NCBI GenBank assembly: GCA_905181685.1
Contig: CAJIYK010000004.1
Location: forward strand, 57,337 to 121,336
DNA: 64,000 nt
DNA from: Methylophilales bacterium BACL14 MAG-120910-bin43
GTDB lineage: Bacteria; Pseudomonadota; Gammaproteobacteria; Burkholderiales; Methylophilaceae
Direction: 5' to 3'
Shown piece after piece: positions 1 to 10,730 of the stretch (the first letter of the stretch is position 1; the number at the start of each line of letters is the position of its first letter). A model generated the notes under the pieces. That model saw only the letters and a list, made by a program, of their open reading frames with translations, did no database searches and was not told the DNA's origin. Both the position numbers and the translations under genes were made by a program.

Positions 1-640
1 GGAAAGCCCAAGGATATCAGAAGACTCTTGAAGACCTTCACATTCCGCCTTTGAGCATTCATTACAGTTAAACATACCCATCATAGGAAGGGCGATAAAG
101 GGCGCAGTTTTATTCGTCGCCATTTTTGTATATTGATCCCATGTCATTTCATAGGGGCTAATACTTATATCTTTTGATTGCCCAAAAATTATTTCTTTGA
201 CTGTACAAGAGAGCAACTTCAATAATATAGTTTGGTGCCAACCCTGATCAATTTCTGTAATCTTTCTGAAAGCCTCAGCAATTAAATAATCTCCTGTGCA
301 GATAGCAGCAGGTATACCAAATTCTTTCCATAAACTCGTTTGACCACGTCTAAGATTATCTTGATCACATACATCGTCATGAAGTAGGGATGCGCTATGA
401 ATTAACTCACAAACGACTGCCCAGTTGATGTAGGTTTGTGATGAAATACCCAATAAACCACCTGTCGCGAGTGCTAGCCTGGCCCTTAACCACTTTCCCT
501 TGAGATTCACCGTGATGTGAGAGCCATTCAGATAAAAATTGATCATCAACTTCAAAGCTTTTCGCAAAATCAATTTTAACTTTTTCTAAAAATTCATCCG
601 TCTCAGGCGGCACAAAAAAATCATCCCAATGTTTTTTCAT
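1..640 (-). CDS. crtE: Polyprenyl (geranylgeranyl) diphosphate synthase, CrtE-like; runs off the window; one frameshift near 495-500
   Basis: Manual translation past the frameshift gives GKWLRARLA...CELIHSASLLHDDVCDQDNLRRG...GDYL...FGQSKD...NKTA (first Asp-rich motif and other prenyltransferase motifs). Lies directly downstream of the opsin genes. Confidence 0.8.
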
Positions 641-666
641 AATTGATTATTTTTTTTAATTAACTT

Positions 667-1404
667 TTAGGCTCCAATATCCGATTTTCTTTGAGCGATT
701 AAATAAATCATAATACCAAATGATGCGATTGATAAGATATCTGCAACCGTATATCCAACCTGCAGACTGACATAGGATGCACTTGGATCAAATATTGGAA
801 GTAAATAAACAACGGGGTAAATCGTCCAAGATACAATAAGTAACCATCTTGCATTACTAACTAAGCTTTGAACATTTTTTGGTTGTTTTGATATAGGGTT
901 TTTTAATTTTATGATTAAGTTGTAAAGAATGAATAAGAAAGGGAACATTGCCAGTGACCAATATATCCATCTCTCTTGTAGTTGATCAGCATCGACTAAT
1001 CCTTCACCAGAGTAACCTAAGAGGACCATAATAATTGCTGCAATAGTCAACTTAGCTCCCAAAGAAAAAGTCTCTTCTCTTGTTAGCCTTATAACCAAGA
1101 CGAGCTCAAGCAATAGCAAGGGTACGGTTAGAAGCCATCCAACATAGCGATAACTTACATTCAATTGTCCGCCAGTTTCTGTAATTACACCATTAATTAC
1201 TATATAGGCTTCATTAAAGCTCTCAAAAATTCTTAAATAATGATAGAGCGCGATAAGGCAAACCAAACCAGCTAGAGTGAGTGCTGTTTTATAAGCAGGA
1301 GCAACTTGTGACCTCTGACAAAAAAAGAACACGGTACTTGCACCAAATGTGGCGATTGCAAAAGATAAAGTGTTGTAGAGTAAATTGTAGTCAGTTAATT
1401 GCAT
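667..1404 (-). CDS. Xanthorhodopsin-like opsin lacking the retinal-binding lysine and the Asp counterion (Rh-noK)
   Basis: 245 aa, seven hydrophobic segments. XR-type motifs YHYLRIF, YRYVGWLLTVPLLLLEL, GYSGE, SWTIYP, QVGYTVADILSIASFG. Helix C has Gly for Asp and helix G has Ile for Lys. Confidence 0.9.
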   Translation of the reverse strand: MQLTDYNLLYNTLSFAIATFGASTVFFFCQRSQVAPAYKTALTLAGLVCLIALYHYLRIFESFNEAYIVINGVITETGGQLNVSYRYVGWLLTVPLLLLELVLVIRLTREETFSLGAKLTIAAIIMVLLGYSGEGLVDADQLQERWIYWSLAMFPFLFILYNLIIKLKNPISKQPKNVQSLVSNARWLLIVSWTIYPVVYLLPIFDPSASYVSLQVGYTVADILSIASFGIMIYLIAQRKSDIGA

Positions 1405-1429
1405 TACACCCTAAATCAAAAAAAGAATT

Positions 1430-1460
1430 AAAAAAAACGCGCCATAAATGACGCGTTTTT
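1430..1460 (-). terminator. Intrinsic terminator after proteorhodopsin
   Basis: Minus strand AAAAACGCGTCAT-TT-ATGGCGCG followed by a T run, 25 nt past the PR stop codon. Confidence 0.8.
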
Positions 1461-1484
1461 AATATTACACTACAGATTCAAAAA

Positions 1485-2180
1485 TTACTTAGCTTTTGTA
1501 CCTGATGTAGCTGCTGCCCAAATTACAACACCGAAGGCAATCTTGTTAACAAAGTCAGCTAAGTTGTATACGATATTTAGAGTACTGGCATCAGCGCTGC
1601 CTGTATACCCAAGATAGTAACCGATTGGATAAATAGCCCAACCAACAGTCACAATTAATCTTAACGCATTAAAAGCTTTCTTACTTGCTACAGTACCTTT
1701 GCTTGCACTGATCTGGCTAGCTTCACCTTTAAATACTTCCCAGATGATATATAACCATGCAACCATACCGATCCAGAAACCAGACCATAAGCTACCACCG
1801 TCTCCCATTGCACTCACTTCACCAATGTAGCCTGCAACTAACATAACTACAGAAGCAATAAGTAAACGCCAGAAAACTGAAATAGAAACAACTGCAATAG
1901 CAGCAAGGATTAAATAAAACTCTACAATTTGCAGTGGAACTGTAAGTAGCCAATCTACGTATCTAAATACTGTAGGTGAACTACCTGTATCAATCCAAAC
2001 ACCACGCATGTAAAAATAGTGAATAGCAGCAATACCTGTAACCATTGCGGCTACTGTAAGTGAAGTTTTCCATTTACCTACAGCTCTATCTCTCTCAACC
2101 CAGAAAAAAAATGTTGCAGCAACCATAGCCGCTGAAAGCAGCCAAAAGGATACTCCAACGTAATCTGATGGATTTAACAT
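1485..2180 (-). CDS. Proteorhodopsin, DTE proton pump, blue-tuned (Gln at the 105-equivalent)
   Basis: RYVDWLLTVPLQIVEF (D, T, Q, E), His in IHYFYMR, helix G NLADFVNK. Strong SD AGGAGG upstream. Confidence 0.97.
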   Translation of the reverse strand: MLNPSDYVGVSFWLLSAAMVAATFFFWVERDRAVGKWKTSLTVAAMVTGIAAIHYFYMRGVWIDTGSSPTVFRYVDWLLTVPLQIVEFYLILAAIAVVSISVFWRLLIASVVMLVAGYIGEVSAMGDGGSLWSGFWIGMVAWLYIIWEVFKGEASQISASKGTVASKKAFNALRLIVTVGWAIYPIGYYLGYTGSADASTLNIVYNLADFVNKIAFGVVIWAAATSGTKAK

Positions 2181-2378
2181 ATTTAAAACCCTCCTATAAA
2201 AACGTTAAACAAAAATGTCTTAGCATCATCACCCTTAAAGACTGTTTACGCTTTGATTAAAAAAAATGCCTTAAAAAGAGAGCTAATAAATAAAAAAAGT
2301 AATTTTTATTAGCACACCTGATAAAACAATATTAAATTTACCACAATTTTTAAAAAAATATTAAAAATTTAAGTCATA

Positions 2379-2406
2379 ATAGACATATTATTTAATACGG
2401 AGTTCC
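2379..2406 (-). promoter_or_regulatory. Candidate ECF (sigmaE-type) promoter facing proteorhodopsin
   Basis: Minus strand GGAACT-N16-GTCTAT, resembling the RpoE/AlgU consensus. Confidence 0.35.
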
Positions 2407-2474
2407 ATCAAAAAAGTAAAGTTTTATTAACCAGTGTTTTGAAACCAATAATCTAATCTATAATCAAAGCAATT

Positions 2475-4002
2475 ATGAACAAATTAAGATTAATTTTAGG
2501 TGATCAATTAAATATAAACCATTCATGGTTTAAGGAAAATAATTCTAATACCACTTACGTGATGATGGAGGTTAAAGAAGAAACGAGTTATGTGCTTCAT
2601 CATGCACAAAAAATAATAGCGACATTCGCAGCGATGCGGTTTTTTGCTGAAGCAACTTCAACAAAAAGGGTTTGAAGTTATTTATTTTAAAATTAATGAT
2701 AAAGAAAATAAGCAAGAGTTCATCCAAAACATTAACAAAATTTTCAAAGAAAGAAATATAAGCGAGTTGCAGTATCAAGAGCCCGATGAATATAGGCTGT
2801 CAACTGAGTTAAAAAAACTTGAGTCTATCGAAAATATAAAAGTTGAATCAGTTGATACAGAACACTTCTTAGTCCCGAAGCTTTATGCAAAAGATTTCTT
2901 TTCTGAAAAGAAACATTGGCGGATGGAAGAATTCTATAGAAACATGAGAAAGAAATTTTCTATTCTTATGGAGGAAGATAAGCCTATTGGAGGTAAATGG
3001 AATTTTGATTCAGACAATCGAAAACGGTGGAACGGAAGCCCAAACACAACAGAGGACTTCAGGCCATCTCACAATCATGAGAAGCTATTTTTAGAAATAA
3101 ATAATGAAAATATCGAGCACTTTGGCGAAGGCCAAGAAACAAGTTTTCGTTGGCCAATAAGTAGGGAAGAGTCTATTAAACTGCTTGATAACTTTATAGC
3201 TAAAGATCTAGTCAACTTCGGTGATTTTCAGGACGCGCTTCATGATGAAAATTGGAGATTGTTCCATTCGTTTCTATCTTTTTCACTTAATTCTAAGATG
3301 CTTAGCCCGCTTGAAGTGATAAAAAAAGCTGAAGAAGCTTATTATGAAAAGGATTTACCACTTGCATCTGTTGAAGGATTTATTAGACAGATCCTAGGAT
3401 GGCGTGAATATATAAGGGGAGTTTACTGGGCAAATATGCCTGGGTACGATCAGCACAATTTTTTTAAACACAACGCTAAGCTTCCAGATTGGTATTGGAC
3501 AGGAAAAACCGACATGCGTTGTTTATCATTGAGCATTTCCCAATCATTAACGAATGCTTATGCCCACCATATTCAGCGGTTAATGATTATCGGTAATTTT
3601 AGTTTGCTGGCAGGGTTAGACCCTAAAGAAGTTCACAAATGGTATCTTGGCATTTATATTGATGCCTATGAGTGGGTAGAGATGCCAAATACCTTAGGGA
3701 TGAGTCAGTTTGCAGACGGGGGCTTACTCGCTACAAAGCCTTATGTTTCATCAGCCGCCTATATCAATAAGATGGGAAATTACTGCTCTAATTGTAAATA
3801 TAAGCTTAAGGAAAAACTCGGGGAAGATGCCTGTCCATTTAATTCACTTTATTGGAATTTCTTTGATAGGCATCAAGACAAACTCTCAAATAATCCAAGG
3901 CTTGGCATAGTTAATAGCCAACTTAAAAAAATGGATCAGCACCAAAAAATAGAAATTAATAAAAAAGCTAATTTTTATTTAGATAACATTAATTCACTTT
4001 AA
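2475..4002 (+). CDS. Cryptochrome/photolyase, FeS-BCP class (PhrB/CryB-like (6-4) photolyase); frameshift near 2645
   Basis: LRLILGDQL start, GGKWNFDSDNRK, FGDFQDA, RQILGWREY, YAHHIQRLM, KPYVSS, and four FeS cysteines (MRCL, YCSNC, ACPF). Confidence 0.92.
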
Positions 4003-4055
4003 AAAATTTTAAATTTAAATCGAAATAAAAATTATTTAGGTATAATTTTTAACTA

Positions 4056-5519
4056 ATGTTTCCATCAAAATAAATACAAAACCCTATCTAAAAGCACTCA
4101 GCTTATTATATTTATTTTATTTTTAGTTTCCTGTAAGGCGGTTGGACCTGACTATGAAGGTGCTCCTGAGTTAGAGTTACCTGAAAACTGGGAAAATCAA
4201 TTAAATAGCGAATTCAATGAGACAGGTGCTAGCCAAACACAGTGGTGGACTCTCTTTAATGATCCAGTTTTAAATGATTTAATTAGCAGGGCAGCTGTTG
4301 ATAATTTAGATGCAAAAATTGCACTAGCAAGAGTCGAAGTCGCTAGGGCAAATTTTGGGATTGCTGATGCCGCACGATCACCGGAACTTGATGGGGTAGG
4401 GGATGTATCAGAAAAAAGTAAAAGTAAGTCGGTTTCGGGAGATAAAGATACTGATATTACTCATCGATAGGCCTAGATATCAGTTGGGAGATTGATATTT
4501 TTGGTTATGTGAGAAGATCAATTGAAGCTGCAGATGCTCAATTAGAGCGCTCGGTTGAGGCATATCGAGATGTCATGGTGATTTTATATGCGGAAATTGC
4601 TAAGAACTATGTTGCCTTAAGAACCGCACAAGAGCGTCTTCAGTACGCCCTTGAGAATGTTAAATCGCAAAAAGATACCTTAAGAATAGTAAACGCTCGA
4701 TATAAAGCTGAGCTTGTTTCAGAAGTTGACCTCCTTCAATCAGAACAAAACTTAGCTGCAGCGGAATCTAATATTCCTCTTTTTTTTGCAAGAATCAATG
4801 AATTATCTAATAGCCTTGCAATTTTATTGGGTAAAAATCCAGGCACTTTAAACTCAGAGTTGAACCAGAGTTATGGCATTCCTCATGTGCCTGAAAAAAC
4901 AGTTGTTCAGGTCCCTAGAGAAATTCTAAGACAACGACCAGACATCAGGGAAGCGGAGAGATTATTGGCTCAAGAAACAGCTGAGGTCGGCATTGCAACT
5001 GCTGAAGAATATCCTAGATTCAATCTAAACGGTACCTTTGGCTATGATTCAAAAGAATTTGATAATCAATTTAGCTCTGACTCTAGGTATTGGTCATTTG
5101 GTCCAAATTTTAGATGGAATATTTTTGATGGAGGTGCAACACAAGCGGCAATTGAGGTTCAGGATGCGCAAGTTGAAGAAGCTCGTGTAAACTATGAAAA
5201 GAAAGTCTTAAGGGCATTTGAGGAAGTAGAAAATGCAATTAAGTCTTACAAGGAGGAGAAACAAAGAAACGCCTCTCTGAACGTGTCGGTAACTGCAGCA
5301 AAGAAGGTAAACAAGATCACACTTGCTAGGTATACCTCTGGTTTAATTGATTTTCAAGAGGTTCAAGATGCTGAAAGGGTAATCTTTTTTCAAGAAGATG
5401 AGCTAGCGATAAGTGATGGTAATTTAGTACAATTTATCATTCAATTATATAAGGCAATGGGTGGCGGTTGGGAAGACACAGAAATCTTAACGGATGAAAT
5501 TGTTAATGAACAGATTTAG
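4056..5519 (+). CDS. Efflux outer-membrane factor lipoprotein (NodT/OprM family); frameshifts near 4070 and 4460
   Basis: Lipobox LVSC followed by VGPDY, QWWTLFNDPVLN, RRSIEAA, RQRPDIREAE, and C-terminal LYKAMGGGW. Confidence 0.9.
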
Positions 5520-5528
5520 GAATAACGC

Positions 5529-6583
5529 ATGAAAAACATAATTCTTTTTGATATTTTTAAGCTTTTTTCTTTCATCTTGTGATGAAGATGAGCCAGCCAA
5601 GGATGCTCCAATTCCGAAGATTGCTTGGATGGAGGTAAGTGTAACCGGTGTAGAACAATCAAGGAGGTTATCTGGACAACTTAACCCTAGAGAAGGGGCA
5701 TCACTAAGTTTTAATAACGGTGGCTATGTTACAGATGTAAAAGTTGACTTAGGTAGTAAAGTAAAAAAGGGTCAAGTTTTAGCAAGGTTGAGTCAAAGGG
5801 ATCCCAAGAGTACCTACCTTTCCTCTCAAGCTGATTTTGTTAATAAAGAATCATATTACAACCGTATGAAAGTTGCACGAGAAAGCAAGGCAGTTTCACA
5901 ACAGGATGTGGCAGACGCTAAAACAGAATTAGAGATTGCTGCCTCTAATTTAGCAATTAAGTAAGAAGGGTCTTGAAGATACTGTCCTTAGAGCACCTTA
6001 TGATGGCACAATTACATTTAGAGATGTCGACCCAGCGCAACAAGTTTTTACTGGAGAAACACTCTTTAAAATTGATGGCGGACAAGGCCTTGAGGTTTCT
6101 GTTTATGTCCCAGAAACATTAATAAAGAAATTAGTTCAAGATAAGATATATACAGTCACCTTTCCTGCTGCCAGAAATCTTATAATGGAAGCAGCTTTAA
6201 AGGAAATTGGAACCCAAGCCACAAGAGCAAATTCATTCCCCGTTGTTTTATATCTCACTCAACAGTCACCGGAATTAAGAGCAGGAATGACAGCGGAGGT
6301 TTCATTCGTTTATTTTCAAGATGTTGAAGAAAGTATTTTGATACCAAATTCTGCTTTGGGTGTTGGTAACGAACAATCTAGCTTTGTTTATGTTTATGAT
6401 AAAAATACAAGCAGACTTAAAAAAGTTAATGTAAAGCCGCTTAACATTACAAATAATGATGTTTATGTTCAAGGCAACATAAAGTCTGGCGACATTATCG
6501 CAGTGGCAGGTATTCCATACCTCAGAAACAATCAAGAGGTTGTTCTTCAAGAACAAGATATAGAAATATTTAACTTTAACTAA
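5529..6583 (+). CDS. RND membrane-fusion (periplasmic adaptor) protein; frameshifts near 5550 and 5960
   Basis: LSSC lipobox, lipoyl-like VDLGSKVKKGQVLA, LRAPYDG, LRAGMTAEV, GDIIAVAG. Lies between the OMF and RND genes. Confidence 0.88.
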
Positions 6584-6596
6584 GGCTAATATTTTA

Positions 6597-9500
6597 ATGA
6601 ATATTTCAGAGTTAGCTTTTAAATATCAGAAAATATTTTTATTTATTGTTGTAAGTCTAATGGTCTATGGAGGCATCAGTTATTTTACTTTGCCTTCTCA
6701 AGAGGACCCTAATATTGTCAATCGTGAAGCTATAGTTACAACTAAATTTCCAGGCATGTCTCCACAAAGAATCGAGCTTCTAATAACCAAAAAATTAGAA
6801 GAAAATATTCGTAAGATTCCAGAGATTAAGAAGCTTACGTCCATTTCCGAAACAGGATCCTCAATCATTCATGTCAAGATAGAAGATAAATACTTCAACC
6901 TTAGACGCTATTTGGCAAAATTTACGAAATAAAGTTAAGGACGCAGAAAAAGACTTACCTGAGGGAGCATCTACCCCAAATATTAATGATGAATTTGGAG
7001 ATGTTGCTGTCATCACAATGGCACTAACCTCAGATGGTTTTGATATGAATGATATGCATGATATGGCAAAACATATTAGAGATATTATTTATGGCGTAAA
7101 AGGGATAAAAAAAATTGATCTATTTGGGGTGCAAGAGGAAAGAATTTATTTAAAAATAGAATCAACAAAGCTTGCAGAATTAGGAATCAATCCCAGCCAG
7201 ATTTCTGCTGCACTGAGAACACAAAACATTATACTTCCTGGAGGTCAGGTCGATACAGGTGCAAGATCATTTGTTCTAGAGCCAACTGGTGACTATAAAG
7301 ATATCGAAGAGTTAGGCGATACATTAATTTCAGTGCCTCATTCAAGCTTTAAAACAGATACTGAGGACGTCATTTCTCTGAGAGATATAGCAACCATTGA
7401 ACGAGGATATGTAGATCCACCCAGCAAAACGGCATATTTTAATGGTAAACCGGCTATTGTTTTTGGTATCTCTATGCTTGATGGATATAACCTCTTGGAA
7501 TTTTCACCAAGAGTTTTAAATGTAATCTCTGAAATTCAAGAAACAATGCCCTTTGGATATCATTTTGACATTGCTACCTATCAGGCTGATGTCGTTGAGG
7601 AAACCATCAACGGGGTATCAATTAATGTTTTGCAAACATTAGTCATTGTCCTTTTTTCAGTCATTATCTTTCTTGGCTTTAGAACTGGTTTTATTGTTGG
7701 TTCAATCGTTCCAACGGTGATGTTGATAACACTCGCATTAATGAATTTTTATGATCTACAGCTAGAAAGAATGAGCTTGGCAACCCTTATTATTGCTTTA
7801 GGCTTGCTTGTAGATAATGGCATTGTTGTGGCTGAGGATTTTATGAAAAGGCTAGAGCGGGGTATCTCCAGAATTGAGGCCCTCAAAGGTGTAGGAAAAG
7901 AACTGACTATCCCGTTACTGACTTCATCCTTAACAACTATTTTATTTTTTATGCCACTCATGATGGCAGAATCTACAGCAGGAGAATACACAAGGTCGCT
8001 TTCATTGGTCATAGCAATGGCCTTGTTGACCTCATGGATAGCTGGGCTTTGTCTAACACCCTTGCTTTGTTACTACTTTCTAAAAATTGATAAGAAAAAA
8101 AGTAAAGAAAAAGAAACATCGGGGATTTTTTATAAACTATCGATAGGCTACGGTTTTTTATTACGAGGTATTCTAAAGATCAGATTTTTATTTTTAGCCG
8201 TGATGTTTGCTTCTTTTGTATTTGCAATTATGGCAAGCAAAGAAGTCCCAAAACGTTTTTTCCCAGACTCTGATAGACCTCAAATCCTTGTTTATACACA
8301 ACTACCTGCGGGCACCTCCCAAAGAGAAATGACGTTTCAAATGAAAAAAGTTTTTGGGCTTTTAAATGACAAAGAGTTGTTTCCAAACATTGAATCATAC
8401 TCAGGCTATGTTGGGTTTGGTGGGCCTCGTTTTGTGCTGTCACTTGCTCCTGAAGATGCTGCAGATAACATGGGCTTTATTATCATCAATATTGAAGATA
8501 TTGAAGCTCAAGATACTTCCATTGAAAATTTAAAAAATAATTTAAATGATCAATTCCCAGGTATGTTTTTTAGAGTGAATAAGATGTTTTTAGGGTCAAG
8601 TGATTCAAGTGAAATTAAGCTTCAGGTAGTCGGCCCAGATTCTAATGTTATTTATGCTAAAGCGCAGCAATTAGTTGATAGGTTACATGAGGTTCCTGGC
8701 ACCATAGATATAAGGACAGATTGGCAAAACAGAACCTTAAAAATTCTAATCAAAGTTGACCAGGTGAGGGCGAGAAGAGCAGGTGTTTCTTCAAATGATA
8801 TTGCACAATCCCTCAATGCATATTTTGAGGGTTCAGAGGTTACCCAATTTCGTGAAGAAGATAATATCATTCCAATTCTCTTCAGAGCAGAGGATGATGA
8901 AAGATTCAATATGGATAGGATGAGGACATTAAATGTTTACTCATCAAGCAATAATACCAATGTGCCATTGTTCCAAATAGCAGATTTTGAAGGTGAAAAT
9001 CAGTTTTCACGTATCGCTAGGCAGGATTTATTCAGAACAGTCTCTGTTGAAGCAAAAAATATGAATGTAACGGCTCAGGACTTTAGGGAGGTATTAGATC
9101 CAATTGTTGAAGAGTTAAATGCGGACTTACCACCTAACCATATAATCAGATACGATGGTGTTATCACTGAGTCTAAGGAAGCACAAGATTCACTTTCCGC
9201 GAGTGTCCCTTTGGTAATTGGCCTTATTATCATTCTTCTTGTTGCGCAATTCAATTCATTTAGGCGACCATTAATTATTTTAATTACCATCCCCTTATCT
9301 TTCATCGGCGCTGTATTAGGCTTATTAATTTCTGGATCAAACTTTGGATTCATGGGTACGCTCGGTCTTTATAGCTTAGCAGGCATTATTATTAATAATG
9401 CGATTATCTTGATTGATCGAATTGATTTAGAAAGAGAGATGGGTAAGAAAATTTATGATGCAATCGTTAGTGCCTGCCAGCAAAGATTAAGACCCATCAT

Positions 9501-9687
9501 AATTACCACATTAACCACAACCTTGGGCTTGCTGACTTTAATAATCCCTCATGACCCACTCTTTTATGGTCTTGCCAATATTATTGCATATGGCTTGGCT
9601 GTAGGCACATTCCTGACATTAGCAGTTGTCCCTGTTTTATATTCCCTAATGTTTAAAGACAAGAAAACACTTAAAAAGCAAAGTTAA
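6597..9687 (+). CDS. RND efflux permease (AcrB/AcrD/AcrF superfamily); frameshift near 6900
   Basis: TKFPGMSPQRIE, ALGLLVDNGIVV, RLRPII, and 12-TM RND architecture across two ORFs. Confidence 0.93.
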
Positions 9688-9731
9688 TGGTTAAGTAAAG
9701 AAAAAAATCCTCAGTAAATGGTCAAAGAATT

Positions 9732-10155
9732 GTGAATAATTCTCAAAGGTTATTTTTAGTTTATATTATTTGTATTCTTGTAGATATGACGATTCTAAAT
9801 ATATACGCAGAATTCAGTCACTCTGTTTACGTAGAGTCTTTTTCTATAACTATTTTTATCGCTATTTTTTTACAGTTATTTATTGTTTTAACAAGACATG
9901 CGGAGCATAAGTTATCAAATTTTTTTGGAGATAAGAAAAAGCTATCTCACAAAAATAAAGTATTTCTTGAGCCTCTGGGCGTTATTATTTTTCTCTAAAT
10001 TCCTAATGCTTCATGGGGCTAATTTAATTTTTGGGGATAAGATTAACTTTTACGGCATGTTTGATGGGTTATTAGCTTTTATTGTAGTTATCTTATCTTT
10101 TCTTTTAGGGGAGTATCTGCTCACCAAAATTTACCGAGCACTTGAGTCCAAATAA
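9732..10155 (+). CDS. Small hypothetical membrane protein (about 4 TM); frameshift near 9945
   Basis: Two overlapping hydrophobic ORFs join into one protein of about 140 aa. Confidence 0.6.
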
Positions 10156-10166
10156 ATGAAAAAAAA

Positions 10167-10730
10167 TTAGTAATTAAGATTAACTCTTGATTTATTAATA
10201 GTGCCCAATAAATTGCAGTAAGATCCATTCGTAGGATAATTTTTATCTATTTTAAGACTATCAATTTCTGATGTTAACTTTTTGAGAAGTTCTGTATAAA
10301 TTTCGTTTACATAATAACCCATCGTAACTTTGTCAAATTGAACAACTTTCCAAAGAGATATTTTCATTTTTTTTATAAAGTTGTCTGGATTTGTCTCATT
10401 ATTAGATTTTGATTGATAGACTTTTACGTGTAAATCACCATACAAAATAGTACTTTGTGCTTGGTAAGATAAAATTGGTTTGAGAATAATAATGGCATCT
10501 GTAATATTGTTTGTAGGCACATTTTTTTACATTTGAGTATGCGGGTAAGTTTTCAATTGCCTTATCCATCATTGGTGATGGTTGGTAATGGTATAATAAG
10601 CATAGGGCGCGTTAAGTGTTTGATTGGTTGGTTGGTTAACGAAGTACTGAAGGTTCGCAGCATATAACAAGTTTGATAAAAAGAGAGTTGATATGAAAAG
10701 TATAATTTTTTTTACCAATGCATTTGTCAT
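10167..10730 (-). CDS. Hypothetical exported protein; frameshifted near 10520-10575
   Basis: Manual translation from 10730 gives signal-peptide-like MTNALVKKIILFISTLFLSNLLYAA, apparently continuing into the 10167-10520 ORF. Confidence 0.45.

Noticed and set aside
2403-4070. Shared TTCCATCAAAA upstream of the photolyase and at the OMF start as a regulator site
   Set aside because: Only two copies of an AT-rich 11-mer, and the second lies within coding sequence. Could be chance.
10620-10640. Short (TTGG)n repeat as a phase-variation tract
   Set aside because: Only about three units, explained by coding sequence (NQPTNQ) on the minus strand.
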